Assembly (NCBI RefSeq): GCF_001194135.2
Contig: NC_068983.1
Coordinates: 27,733,517-27,775,350, forward strand
Direction: 5' to 3'
Length of the DNA stretch: 41,834 bases
DNA from: Octopus bimaculoides
Lineage: Eukaryota
Shown here: one piece after another, positions 1-12,551 of the stretch
Layout: every line of letters starts with the position of its first letter
How positions within the stretch are numbered: position 1 is the first letter of the stretch
Notes under the pieces: model-generated
The model's database searches: none
Told to the model about the DNA's origin: nothing
What the model saw: only the letters and a program-made list of their open reading frames with translations
Program-made: the position numbers and the translations under genes

Positions 1-87
<87 letters not shown>

Positions 88-122
88 AGATAGGATAGAT
101 AGATAGATAGATAGATAGATAG
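1..122. repeat. Compound microsatellite (TA)n-(TG)n-(GATA)n
   Basis: Directly visible tandem di- and tetranucleotide runs. Confidence 0.95.
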
Positions 123-740
123 ACTACCAAGCGCCTATCTGCACGACTATACTCCTCTCTTTACATTCAGATAACCGCATGCATACAACTATGCACAAAC
201 TTACACACACTCATACACAAAACTCATACACACACTCACACTCAGAAACATAATAGAGAAGTGCAATAGAGACACCGAGACACTTCCACTCCGAGATAAA
301 AACTTAGGCACATTTCAATTATAAGTAACTGTATAACCATTACTGTGCGAATAGACACCGGCCTGAATCCATGATACATTATTTCGTTTCTGTTTAACTG
401 CAGAAACGCCAATCAATACACATACACGCGCGCACACACACACCATATACACACAGGTGCACGCAAACACACAGACATCATGCATTGAGGACAGAAGTGC
501 TGACAATCAGGCAGACAGACAGACAGGCAGACAAGCAGACGGATATACTTACACGCAGACGTAAATTTAGATATGGATGTATACGTATTTTGGGGGGTAT
601 ATATACGTAAGTATACACCCATGTATATACACATGTGCAATTGTTAGTGCTAACAGAAGAGAGAAAAATACTTATTAGACTGGTAGTCCGGGGAATCCGT
701 CTATCAGTCAACTGCAGAATCAGTGCAAATTACATACGTG

Positions 741-898
<158 letters not shown>

Positions 899-1154
899 TA
901 GATAGATCCATGGATGGGTAAACACATGCCTATAATGATAATTTCCTTTAAGATAATATTCGTATACGACAAATATCTATTTTTCTCCTACCGGAGTTCG
1001 ATACAAATCAGATATTACAATCACTCATAAATATATGTTTCTCCCATAGAAGCCACTAAGAAAGATGTAAGCCAAACCAGCTGAAACAATATGAAAATAA
1101 GATTTAGGAGTTAGGAAAATAATGAAAACTTTTTATAGGCAATTTATGCAAGAC

Positions 1155-1586
1155 GCAGGAGTGGCTGTGTGGTAAGTAGCTTGCTTACCAACCACATGGT
1201 TCTGGGTTCAGACCCACTGCATGACACCTTGGGCAAGTGTCTTCTACTATAGCCTCGGGCCGACCAAAGCCTTGTGAGTGGATTTGGTAGACGGAAACTG
1301 AAAAAAGCCCGTCGTATATATGTATGTATATATATGTGTATGCATGTGTGTGTATATGTTTGTGTGTCTGTGTTTGTCCCCCCAACATCACTTGACAACC
1401 GATGCTGGTGTGTTTACATCCCCGTAACTTAGCGGTTCGGCAAAAGAGACCGATGGAATAAGTACTAGGCTTCCAAAGAATAAGTCCTGGGGTCGATTTG
1501 CTCGACTAAAAAGGCGGTGCTCTAGCATGGCCACAGTCAAATGACTGAAACAAGTAAAAGAGTAAAAGAGTAAAGAGAGTAAGAGA
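1155..1586 (+). mobile_element. tRNA-derived CORE-type SINE (family A), full length
   Basis: A-box TGGCTGTGTGG (1162-1172) and B-box GGTTCAGACCC (1205-1215). ACCTTGGGCAAGTGTCTT resembles the MIR/CORE domain. Internal (TA/TG)n tract and an (AAAAGAGT)n tail. Homologous copies at 18945, 19459, 29832 and 34536. Confidence 0.9.
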
Positions 1587-1920
1587 AAATTGACCACAGC
1601 ATATTTCTGAAAGGGAAGCATTGGTCCGATCCTATAAGGTTGAGAGTATATATGTGATAGCCTTAACCCGTTCTCCCGTTTAACATAGCTATATAATACC
1701 CTGATTGATACACTGCTACATGCATTCAAATAAGGCTTCCCTACACAAGTGTCCGTAGCCCTGTAATGTCTCCTAAGTGATTATATACGTCTATGTGTGC
1801 GCGCGCGTGTTTGTGTGCGTTTATATGTGTATATGTTAGTGAACGTTATAATATGAGCATGTTTTTGCGTGCAGAAAGCTAATACTTAAAATGTAATTCT
1901 AAATATCTCCATACACACCA

Positions 1921-2050
1921 GCAGACGGACAGACAGACAGACAGACATACAGACAGACAGACAGACAGACAGATAGACAGACAGACAGACAGACAGATAG
2001 ACAGGCAGATAGACAGACAGATAGACAGATAGATATGTAGATAGATAGAT

Positions 2051-2120
<70 letters not shown>

Positions 2121-2164
2121 AAAGATAGATAGATAGATAAAAAGATAGATAAAAAGATAGATAG

Positions 2165-2197
<33 letters not shown>
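1921..2197. repeat. (GACA)n-(GATA)n tetranucleotide array
   Basis: Visible tandem run. It explains the IYLS/SVCL ORFs. Confidence 0.95.
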
Positions 2198-2198
<1 letters not shown>

Positions 2199-2685
2199 TT
2201 TTGATAACCTTTGCATATAATATGCCACTATATCTTTTGAAGTGCCACACGAGTATTATTTGTAATATATTACATAATATAGATAATATCAAGTTAAATA
2301 TAATTACAAGTGTAGCATTGGACAGTATTGATTTTAATAAATTTATACCATTTTTAAGCGCGTCTCTTTCTACCTTTATACATTTGGAAGCATATTATAT
2401 ACAGCTGATTAGTTCTTTTCTACTTCGGTAATGTTATAAATTACCCCAACAACATCGATTTGTCCATTTAAATGGAAAACAAATTGTGGCGTCTGTTCTT
2501 GAAATACATTATATATGTTTGTCTGTGTGAATATGTAAGTATATTCATAAAAGAAATATTACCACTGCCTTATTATCCAGTCATTCGTATGCTCAAGGTA
2601 AGCAATAAGGATTGTCTTTAACAGTGCCTCGAAACCCTAGCATATAAATTTGATTTGCCAATAGCTGTCAAATAATACTTTAACA

Positions 2686-2770
2686 CAGTGGTTCCCAACA
2701 TTTTCATAGTGGTTCCCAACAGTGGTTCTCAACCCTTTTATTTAAATGAGTTTCCCCACGGACCCCTTTT
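2686..2770 (+). mobile_element. hAT/Charlie-like terminal sequence, three tandem copies of the terminus
   Basis: CAGTGGTTCCCAAC (2686), TAGTGGTTCCCAAC (2707) and CAGTGGTTCTCAACC (2720), followed by CACGGACCCC. This matches the CAGTGGTTCTCAA-type ends of hAT-Charlie MITEs. No opposite TIR was found. Confidence 0.5.
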
Positions 2771-2871
2771 AATATGCTTATCTATAAGGAGACTTAGAAA
2801 AGATCAGCTTTCAACTATGATCCAAAATATAATTATTCTACAAAGAAATTTATTGATATTGGGAGCAATAT

Positions 2872-3600
2872 CGAAAGAGTGCAGCTTTTGTAAAGGAAAA
2901 AATTGGGAAAGAGAAACCACCATTATGTGTAGTGGTGGAGGAACAGTTGTTTTACCGACGTTTGGTACACTCCCACATACTTTGAAGGCATTGCTTTTGA
3001 GAAACACACCAGGGAGTATGCACTTCTTGAAATATATTAGAAATTATAATTCTGCTTTCAAAATGACCTACTTTCGTAACAATATTATAAGAGAAGGGAA
3101 CATGAAGACAACTTTTAAAGTCCAAGGTCAAGTATACTATCGTATTGGATCTTTATTGCCAACTGAAGGCAAAAATCCTGTTTTTACAGCTATATTTTGT
3201 GGAAAATTACAAGGAGCAGGCTTTGCAACAGTCATTTAACCTTGCTAATTTGAAATAAATGTTAATCTTTAATCTGCAAGATATGTTGCATGCAAACAAT
3301 AGCAACATCAGAAGTTTCAAGTATGCATTGGAATCTGCACCACCAGTTGAATACAAGATAGTTACTGATGCAGACAAAAAGTCTATTGCTGAGCACAGAG
3401 GCCGCTACAATGCCACTGCTGCAAATGAAGTAGCAGCAATTATTACAAGTGACGAGTATGGGAAGAGAGACATCATTACCCAAGAAAGAAGAAATAAGAT
3501 TCGGCGGATAAATGCAACACCCCGATCTTATGATGCACTCCAGTATCCATTAATCTGTGTAATTGACCAAGATGGACATCTCTTTGATATGAAAACAAAA
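2872..3600 (+). pseudogene. Helitron Rep/helicase N-terminal region, disrupted
   Basis: Translates to CSFCKGKNWERET..MCSGG, HFLKYIRNYNSAFKMT, TFKVQGQVYYRIGSLLP. After a frameshift near 3185 it reads QLYF, then a TAA at 3256, then LQDMLHANN, EHRGRYNATAANEVA and SYDALQYPL. These are hallmark motifs upstream of the HUH domain in Helitron Rep. HUH and helicase motifs are absent. Confidence 0.85.
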
Positions 3601-3680
3601 AGATCCGTAATATCCTTCAACATATGTGATAGTATTTATGTCTTTTCATAAAAGTGGGAAATTTTGTATTTTTGTTTATG

Positions 3681-3769
<89 letters not shown>
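3681..3769. repeat. (ATT)n microsatellite inside the Helitron
   Basis: Visible run between the Rep remnant and the 3' terminus. Confidence 0.95.
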
Positions 3770-3885
3770 GGTATTATGAATTCAGAATTAATTTCCCAAT
3801 TGAAGAATAAATAGAATTTCGAATAAAAAATTTCTGTACAACGTATTTTGCTTTTTGCTTCCAATATATAAAAACCAATTTCATT

Positions 3886-3911
3886 CCCGAGCAACGCCGG
3901 GTGCCTTGCAG
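3886..3911 (+). mobile_element. Helitron 3' terminus (subterminal hairpin and degenerate CTAG)
   Basis: CCCGAGCAACGCCGGG imperfect hairpin (3886-3901), then TGCCTTG and CAG|T where CTAG|T is expected. Same strand as the Rep remnant. Confidence 0.65.
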
Positions 3912-5522
3912 TGGTACCACTGGTACACAACTGAAGGAAAACACTGGGTAAGGAGTCTGCCAACCGATAAGCAAACATAGATAACATCGATTAACAAACT
4001 GCCCTTGATAATGTATTAAAGTTTATTCGATAGTGTCCCTGCTTTGATTACCTCATAATGTCCTACTTTTCTAACACTCTAAGTCCTTGGAGTATCACAG
4101 GAGACACAGTCATTAGGTAGCAGACAGACTGGTTTGTTTTCCAGACTCCGTTGAAGCTATAACTAAGCGTTCATAAAATGCTTTCAAATATGATCTCGTA
4201 TCGAGTCTTAATTTTTTGTTTTTTGTTTTTTGTGGCAGGGTACTTGTTCCACATCGAGTTGATTTTAGTGTATAAAACTTTCAAGTTCACACTCCGGCAT
4301 GGGCCCACTCAACTGACTGAGACAATGTATGTGTGTGTATGCATGTGTATATACTATGTATGTACAAACACATGCCACACGCATTCACACTGAGACACAC
4401 AGACACAGACATATCTGCCTATGTGTGTGTTTGCTTGTGCCGTACATCTGCATATAGTGATACAAAAGAAGGTTTTTGCTATGAGGAAAAAAAACAATGA
4501 AATGAAAAATAGCAACATTTTTTTGTCCTTCTTCCTCTGTTTCTGTCTGGTATTAGATTATGAAAATGAAGATTACTTTTTCAAAAGATATCAAACATTT
4601 ATTTTTAAACTCTGATCTGCTTGCACTATAATATAAATCACATGCAGTTTCCTTCTTACATTTTCCAATGTTTATTCATATTCATATGCATTCGATTCTC
4701 TACAGAAAAAGCTTTCGTTATAGCAAAGATATTCTCATTATAGTAACCGTTCTTTATATATCAGTATATGCAAATTGAAACATGTGACGGAGCAACTTAT
4801 AGATGTGTATCGTGAAATTTGACAGGTGGTATTTATACAAAGGAAACGAAAACGAAAAATAGAAGGGAAAAAATGTATCATATGAAGTTGATGAAAATCA
4901 AAGCTATTAGATATTTTCTAACTAAAGATGGACTATACAGAAACGTACATGGCCTAAAATCCCCAGAAATAAAAAGAAATACAACCTAAATTGACAAATC
5001 CCTAATATCTTCATTGGAATAAGCTGGCCTGTCATTCAAGGAAAATTTTGTATTCTGTCATTCACCATAGAAATCTATATTATATTTATATCTTCGCGCA
5101 TCTTTTTAAGTTTGCGATGAGAGAACTAGGAATGATAAAACCTCACTTAAACCATAATTGACGTCAACTTTTATCAGTAATTTGAATATGTAATTTAGAA
5201 TAATTTATTATTCGACTCTATTGTCGGTTGAATTAGAGCTGACAGTTTATTAAAACTAGATATCGATTTTTGTAAAGTTCGAACAGTAAAGTAATCTCAG
5301 TGAAAAACATCAAGCGAGATTTTTGACGATATTGAAGTTGTAACCGCAATGATAAGCATCTAGAGAAGGTTTCGAGAAGAGTTCTCTGAAGGCCGCTATT
5401 CATATTTGGTAATTCTTATTTAATCTCTTCCCCAAGTGCGAAACCATCGATAGTGTGTTCGATGCTTTCTCGCGGCTAACACTAGAAACACTGATAACAT
5501 CTATTCAATGCAAACGTGGCTA

Positions 5523-5559
5523 TAATACCAAAAATAACAACAATAATAATAATACCAAC

Positions 5560-5611
<52 letters not shown>

Positions 5612-5627
5612 GTAATGATAATAATGA
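5523..5627. repeat. (AAT)n microsatellite
   Basis: Visible run. It explains the poly-N/poly-I/poly-Y ORFs. Confidence 0.95.
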
Positions 5628-6380
5628 CAAGAACAAAATAAGAAAATAACGAAATCAACCGATATAACGATGCATATTTTGAAGCCATTGCTTTGTGAAT
5701 TTAGTAGTCTTTTATTGTTAATCATTTTGAGCTAAAAGTATTAGTATTACATGTCTCCATTGTTGATGGCATAATAGTCAAATATGCTTTTAAGGATTTG
5801 TTAACTCAATGATGTTTTTAATATATTCTTATTTTCTCTATAATGAAAAGGATTTATGAAATTAGCATTATACGCTAGCATGTTCCGTTTGTTTTCTCAT
5901 AAGAGTTACAAAATAAAACTTAATTTTAACCAGATGAGTTTGTGTCAACAACATGTAGGGTTATGCATCTAGAGTATTCTCATGGTGCTTATGATATCAT
6001 TTTCCATTTTCGTTTTTTTGTGGGGTTTTTTGTATCTTTAATATCTTAAGGATCAAGAGGATCTTTGTTGTTGAAAAAATGATAGTTTACAGATAAACAT
6101 CAACGCTAGTTAGAGACGTTGTAAACAATAGATCCATGTATTAAGTATACTTAAATCATGTTTATGCTGTTTTTAACCAAAGCCATTTACATATTAAAAG
6201 CAAATTTGTTTTGCATCGTAAATAGCTTTAAAAGCATTTAACTTCAGTATTTAATCTGCGTTTTAAAATTATCATATAAGACACTAATTACTAACAATCA
6301 TGTTTAGATGGTTTCAAAATGATACTGATTTCGTCAATGAAAAAACAAACATTCTCAGCTTCTTAAACACAATACTATAC

Positions 6381-7040
6381 GCTCAGGCATGGCTCTCTGG
6401 TAAAGGAGTTTGCATCACAACTTTCAAGTTTGCTCTCATCAGACAGTACATTTGAAAAAATGTCTACTATAATAGCCGTTGGGTGGCCAGTGACTAGTGA
6501 CTGATATTTCTTCGATAGAAACTGTGCAGAAGCAAGTTATGTGTGGTAAGAAGTTTGCTTCCCAACCTCAAGATACTGGGTTCAGTCCTACTGAACCCTG
6601 GACACATCAAAGCCTTATGAGCAGATTTAATAGACAGAAACTGAAAAAAAAGTGGTCGTGTTTGTGTGTGGAGGGTGCGTGGTACTGAGTTCAGTCCTGC
6701 CGAACCCTGGACCCACCAAAGCCTTATGAGTACATTTAATAGACAGGAACTGAAAAAAACTTGCCGTGTTTGTGTAAGGAAGGTGCTTGTGTGTGCGCGT
6801 GTGCGAGAGCGTGCTTTTGTATTCGTATTTGTTCTCCACAACTCCTTGACAATCAGTGTTGGTTTGTTTACGTCCCTGAAACTTATCAGTTCGGCGTCAA
6901 GTGATCACTACAATAAGTACCAGTATTTAGAAGAAAATGAGTACTGAGATCAATATGATCGACTAAAACTTTCAAGGCGGTGCTCCAACATGGCTGCAGT
7001 CCAATGAACGACATAAATATAAGATAAACGATAAAAGATA
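6381..7040 (+). mobile_element. Compound, rearranged family A SINE (degenerate head, second head, 109-bp internal duplication, tail)
   Basis: Two head-like segments (6381 and about 6535). Duplicated unit starting at 6574 and 6683. The 3' part AAGGCGGTGCTCCAACATGGCTGCAGTC matches the family A tail. Confidence 0.75.
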
Positions 7041-7074
7041 CATACATACATACATACGCAGATAGCTAACTACA

Positions 7075-7226
<152 letters not shown>

Positions 7227-7334
7227 CGTGTGTGTATTTGTGTATATATTGTATCTGACTTACACTTACATTACTTAAAATCTGTGTTGTTCATCATATT
7301 CCTTGCAGCGCTTCGACAAATATTACGCGATAAA

Positions 7335-7450
7335 ATAAATATCAGACCTACTAAAAATATATTCATTCGGGCCTATATGATTGGCTAAACGTTTAAGGCA
7401 GAGCCGTAGCATGGCCGCCGTACAACGACTGAATGTCACAAAAGAATGAA
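7335..7450 (+). mobile_element. Degenerate family A SINE 3' fragment
   Basis: TTTAAGGCAGAGCCGTAGCATGGCCGCCGTACAACGACTGAA resembles the tail AAGGCGGTGCTCTAGCATGGCCACAGTCAAATGACTGAA. Confidence 0.5.
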
Positions 7451-7950
7451 GACTAAATCTCATCATTATTCATTTAATTCTAATTTGTAAGTCAAATAGA
7501 TATTATTTTCTCTCATACGCATTTATTTACCATTTTTATGAGCAAACATGTTGATATGTATGAGAGGACATGTTGTATGAGTGAATGTCTGTTAAATAGA
7601 AAAGCAGAAGTTAAATGGAGTTAGTACATTACATGATTTTATGGTTTAGACTCAAATTTAGAGGGAAAAGAATAGAAGTGTGCATTAGAGAATGGTAGAA
7701 TTTTAGTGTCGGTTATGGAGATTCTAACCTTATGCTTTATGGTATCTATTTCCGTGCTTCTCGCTTTAAATTCCGTCAGAATCGATAACTGCAATTAGTG
7801 AAAAGGAATTCACTTTACTGAAAACTTACGTCACGATCGTTATGCTCAACCTACAAGAAACAGATGGATTGTATTTATCACAGCAAGTACTACCATGCAT
7901 CCCACCTGCGTCAGCACCGTTAACAACAGCACCAACAACGTGTGAACTAG

Positions 7951-8140
7951 AAAGCCTCTATGTAGTCACCCGACTTGCTAGAAATAGTGACTAAATTTCC
8001 ATCAAATCAAGCTTCGAGGGAAAGAAAAAGACATATTGGTTAACATAGTCATACGTAACCCTAAAAAGATCTGATCATCATAGCTAGACTACCTTTGATT
8101 ATATGCCGGCTCGCTCAGAAATTACCCAGGGTCAAGCAAC
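7951..8140 (+). repeat. Old dispersed repeat (family B), unclassified
   Basis: Motif series ...CGACTTGCTAGAAATAG..AAAT....TCAAATCA...AAAGGAC..ATTGG recurs degenerately at 8726-8845(-), 8905-9050(-), 12295-12366(-), 24925-25070(+), 25345-25480(+), 25590-25635(+) and 28300-28600(+). Confidence 0.55.
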
Positions 8141-8725
8141 AGTAAAAGCAGCTACAGGAATGCTGACATAAACGTCGATACACTCATTGGTCAGCTGTCA
8201 ATATAATTATTGAAGTCAGAGAGCAACTTATGCCATGAATCCATTTTGGGTTGAGATGAAATATGACTAATTTCTTGATGTCCATGGCATTTGTAACGGC
8301 AACAGAGCGGTGAAATGTTTACAGCTGCCAATCACAAAAGTTTGTTGCAATTGGTTCTTAACTGAAGGGTTGCTTTAATCCAACATACTTGTAATGTTTT
8401 GCGTTAAAAGGACATTTTGTTAATGTAATATTTTATTCAATTCCGACATAACATAACATTTTGTATTATTATATCGTAACGTAGCACCTTGTTTCCTTAT
8501 GCATGCAAGTAATATATTTCTTAACATATGGTTATAACATAAATTGTGCAATGTTGACCCTAACTTAATATTATTTCATACAGTCTTAATGTAAACATGC
8601 TTAACTCATTAACGTTTTGTGTTACATCGCCTTAACATTTTTGTAGTATAACTGTAGTATAACTGTCTATTATTGCTTAGTTTTCAAATCAATACTGCTC
8701 AAACCAAATTAGCAAAAGTGTTTCA

Positions 8726-9050
8726 GTCATGACCATCCCGATTTTTAATCAGTGCTTAAAGACACTGTGCGCCCTTCCATTTTTACGAGAGCAGTTATGA
8801 CGTGATTTGAGAGATTTGACATCCGATTTCAGACAGTTGTGCATCTACGCCAAAGCCCACTCCATAGTGTTATACAGTTGGATCAGCTATTATCCATCGT
8901 GGAGTCAGTAAACTAGCCATGACTACCCTGTCTTTTATTCAGTAATTTTAACACTATATTATCATGCATTCGCCAGTTTTTAAAAATAGCGTGTGGTTTA
9001 AAGGAGACATATAGCCATTTCTAACCGAAAGATCGTAGAGAGTCCTTGGG
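8726..9050 (-). repeat. Two family B fragments
   Basis: GTGATTTGAGAGATTTGAC and GTGTGGTTTAAAGGAGACATATAGCCATTTCTA are reverse-complement matches to the family B core. Confidence 0.5.
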
Positions 9051-9198
9051 TGAAGTCATTACATTACATGTTCATGTTAGGTCGTTTCCATTACGTCTTG
9101 AGGATTACTTATATGCATATTTTAATTAGCTCTATCTCAAGATATCGAGAACTTTTGTGACACTAAAACTTCTATATCAATACGATACGGTATTGCAG

Positions 9199-9250
<52 letters not shown>

Positions 9251-9420
9251 TGTGTGTGTATGTGTGTGTATGTATATATGTATCTATGCATGTATATGTA
9301 TGTAGGTATGTACGTACAAATATATACACTATAAGAATATTTTAAGTTTGTTTAATATAATTTTGTAGATATCAAAGCTTCTAATCAACAGACAATCGAT
9401 TATTGTTGCCCATGGCTGAA

Positions 9421-10708
9421 ATGGAGTTTGTGCTGAGTAAAAGATAAAAACACTAGCGAACTCTTAATGATTTTTTTCATACGTCAGCGATAATACTGTC
9501 AACAGTGTCAAATATTGGAGATATCTGACATGTACAATTCGTGTGTTCTCTGACGGAAGTGTTATTCAAACTAACTTGACTGACCACAATCTTCTACAAG
9601 ATAGATGAAGCATGCAGTGAAGTGGAAAAGACAATATCTATTATGCGGCAAAGAACAGTTAAGATGAACAATCATCAACTATCATCGAAGAACTTTGCAC
9701 TAGTAGCCTCTGGCAGACTTCAGTAATAGAAAGATTACACATTCGACGTGCATGATTCGAAGAAAGCGTAAGAATCCTAAAAGAGATAGTTTTAACGATA
9801 ACTTACGTGTAGCACACAAAAGTAAAATATGTTTTAAAAGAGACTAATAAAAATGGTTTTCATATTTTCATCCTAAAGAAATTAGGCTGATTTGTTCAAA
9901 GTGATAATAGGTCAGTAATAGAACATTTAATCCATCTAAAACTGATAATCAGTTGCATATTATTTATTCATGGTCTGGTAAATGGTTATCACACTGCTGC
10001 TCTTTTGGTTTATAACATGCAACTTAAAATTGAATCCTTTCGAGTTATCACTAACTAAAACCCAGAGATTTTATACCTGAAAATGTAAACGATGATTTTG
10101 AAATTATTAAATTTAACGCGTTTTAAATAGCCTCCCGGCAACAAATATTTTAGGGGTTTCTGCTTTGATCCATTCTCAGCAGTGTTGTAATTCTTGATTC
10201 AAACGTTGTTACTATGTTCTTTGAGCACTGAGAATCTGGAATCTCATCTCCTGTTAAAAATCCTTTCATGTCCTGACATTCATAACTCCAGTTAATGATG
10301 TACGAAGATTTGAGGATTTAGTTGGAATTTGGAGCGAAGAACACGAATATTTACTTGGGATGAAGCCTGTAAGATATGTCCATCCAAGATATCTAATACA
10401 ACGTTTGAATATACATGAGCGTGGATAAATGTCTTCCCACGCACTAATAATAGTATTGAAAGTTGGCACAACACATATAGCAAGTGTGTTGCCATTAGTC
10501 ATATTCTATAACAGTCTCACGAAAGAAATCTAAACTGGTGCGAGATGCATATGAGACTTTTATCGAGCGATTGTTTGATGATATTGATTGTCCACCAAAT
10601 AAAAGATATTCCGATGCAGTAAACAGACTAAAAGGCATGGTAACTGGATATCATGCTTTTAATGATCGAATAATTAATTACTCGCTTCTTACAGCACTTA
10701 ACTTATGA
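9421..10708 (+). pseudogene. FLYWCH-MULE (Mutator-like) transposase fossil, near full length
   Basis: Read across frameshifts and stops: MEFVLSKR (ATG 9421); FSY..KYWR (9513)..C.IR..DHN (9582, FLYWCH-like); MIRRKRK; *VSNRTF (9908, for W..DGTF); QLHII/IHGLVNG; FIPENVNDDFE (10091); LTFITPVNDVRRFEDLV; FPRTNNSIESWHN (10434-10472); KRYSDAVNRLKGMVTGY..NYSLLTALNL* (TGA 10706). Motif order matches FLYWCH-MULE DDE transposases. Confidence 0.8.
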
Positions 10709-11119
10709 AATTTCTACAAAGAGAATATCCTGTCACTGTCTTTCTTTTAACAATAATTTTTTTGAGAAAAATTCTGTTTTTTATTTGATATTCATAAATA
10801 TCGTGTAGTAGATCGGGAAGGAAACAGCATTCGTTAAAAGGTCAGGTCGCCAGATTCATACATCTATGCACATACTGACAAATACACACACACATACACA
10901 CATATCATATGTATATATATACATACACACACACACACGCACATATATATATATAAAGCATAAACTTTTCAAGTATGCTGCGGGTAGAAATTCGTTAGTA
11001 GTCAGAGATGCCTCGACAGAAAGAGAGGTAAACAGTAAATAGCAAGTTTTCTCTCTCACACTCTCTCTCACTCTCTCTTTATATGTCTATGTTACTCCCT
11101 CTCTCTCTCGTGCGCTCTC

Positions 11120-11121
11120 TA

Positions 11122-11193
<72 letters not shown>

Positions 11194-11232
11194 TCTCCAT
11201 CTCTCCCTCTCACTCTCCCTCTCTCACCCACC
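11120..11232. repeat. (CT)n microsatellite
   Basis: Visible run. A second degenerate (CT)n tract lies at about 11850-11985. Confidence 0.95.
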
Positions 11233-11568
11233 CTCTCAAAGTTGGAACAATCCTGAAATGTAAAATTCTTATTCTCCTCGCGGCAAACACCAGATTATTC
11301 AAAGTTCTGAAACTCAAGTGTATAATTGTATAATTTTGGCCGCCACTGACTAGCACGAGTTTCCCCACGACTCTCATATATATGCAAGTTGTGTGTGCGT
11401 GTGGGAGGTGCACGCGTGTATGCACGTGTGTGTACTCTTGTGTATATGTGAGTGTGTGTGTTTGAGTGCATGCATAAATCTATGTGATATGCACAAAAAC
11501 TTCTCTTTCTATATAAATACATATATATATTCGTACACTACGAATGCACGCATTCGTATTGTTTGTGT

Positions 11569-11604
<36 letters not shown>

Positions 11605-11645
11605 CTGTATGTCTGTGTCTGTGCGAGTCAGTGTGGAGGAGAGAA

Positions 11646-11684
<39 letters not shown>

Positions 11685-11877
11685 ACGACAGCGTGTATAC
11701 ATCCATATACGTGTATGCTAAAAGACACACTCACACATGCAGCCAAAAACTGATTCTCAAATTTTACATATGCGAGATTATCGGAATCGTCATTAACTCT
11801 ATAATTAATTACTTCCTATCTGCCTCATTAATCTCTCCCACTTCTGTGTCTTTCTCTTTCTCTCTCTCTCTCTCACC

Positions 11878-11908
<31 letters not shown>

Positions 11909-12401
11909 ACCCTCTCTCTCTCTCTCCCTCTCTCTCCCTCTCTCTCTCTTCCTCTCTCTCTGCCTCCTCTCTTTCTCTCACTCTCCTCAAATCGCGATCG
12001 CATTAACTTGATAAGCTTAATAATTTCAGTCATATATTGCCTTAATCTTATACAATTACATGAAAATAACATAAAGCGTGTTGCTTATTTCATTTACTTC
12101 TATTTCCTCTGTTTTTATATTTTCTATCAGCCAAGTAGGTTTCGTCATTGGTTTATTTATGCGTTTAACAACAGTACTTTGTTGCTATTGGTGGGGGTGC
12201 TTAACTCTACCCTATCCCTCTCTGAGCACCATTCATCAAGCAGACAGACTTGGATTACAGAGGCTCCAGATATGAGTACATTGTCTCGTAATACAGTAAC
12301 CTATATGTCCTTCCTTTCTAAACGCGATACTGTCCGATTTAATAGATGTTTTGCTGCTATTTCTAATGGAATTCCTGAACGCTTAGAGATTCACAGCTAA
12401 A

Positions 12402-12551
12402 ACATTTTTACATTATTTACAATTGACAGATATTTGTCCTCATCTTGTTTGTTTGTAACACAACATTTCGGCTGATATACCCTCCAGCCTTCATCAGGTA
12501 TCTTGGGGAAATTTCTAAACTGGGTTCTCATTCTTAAGGTATTTTTCAATG

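Noticed and set aside
5427-5473. Hairpin GCGA..CATCGA-TAGTGTGT-TCGATG..TCGC
   Set aside because: A short stem with no recognisable RNA family.
5485-5520. Hammerhead-like CTGATAA-CAT...ATG-CAAACGT next to an (AAT)n tract
   Set aside because: Two essential core positions differ (G8, G12), stem II is 3 bp and there is no stem I. It cannot be supported without other copies.
11357-11369. Exact 13-mer GAGTTTCCCCACG shared with 2748-2760
   Set aside because: The flanks do not align, it is not a canonical CSL site (four Gs), and a single 13-mer match is plausible by chance.
11393-12400. 335-aa ORF, the longest gap-free ORF in the track
   Set aside because: It is built from (TG)n, (GA)n and (CT)n runs, and its end overlaps an antisense family B repeat. 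No domain is visible.
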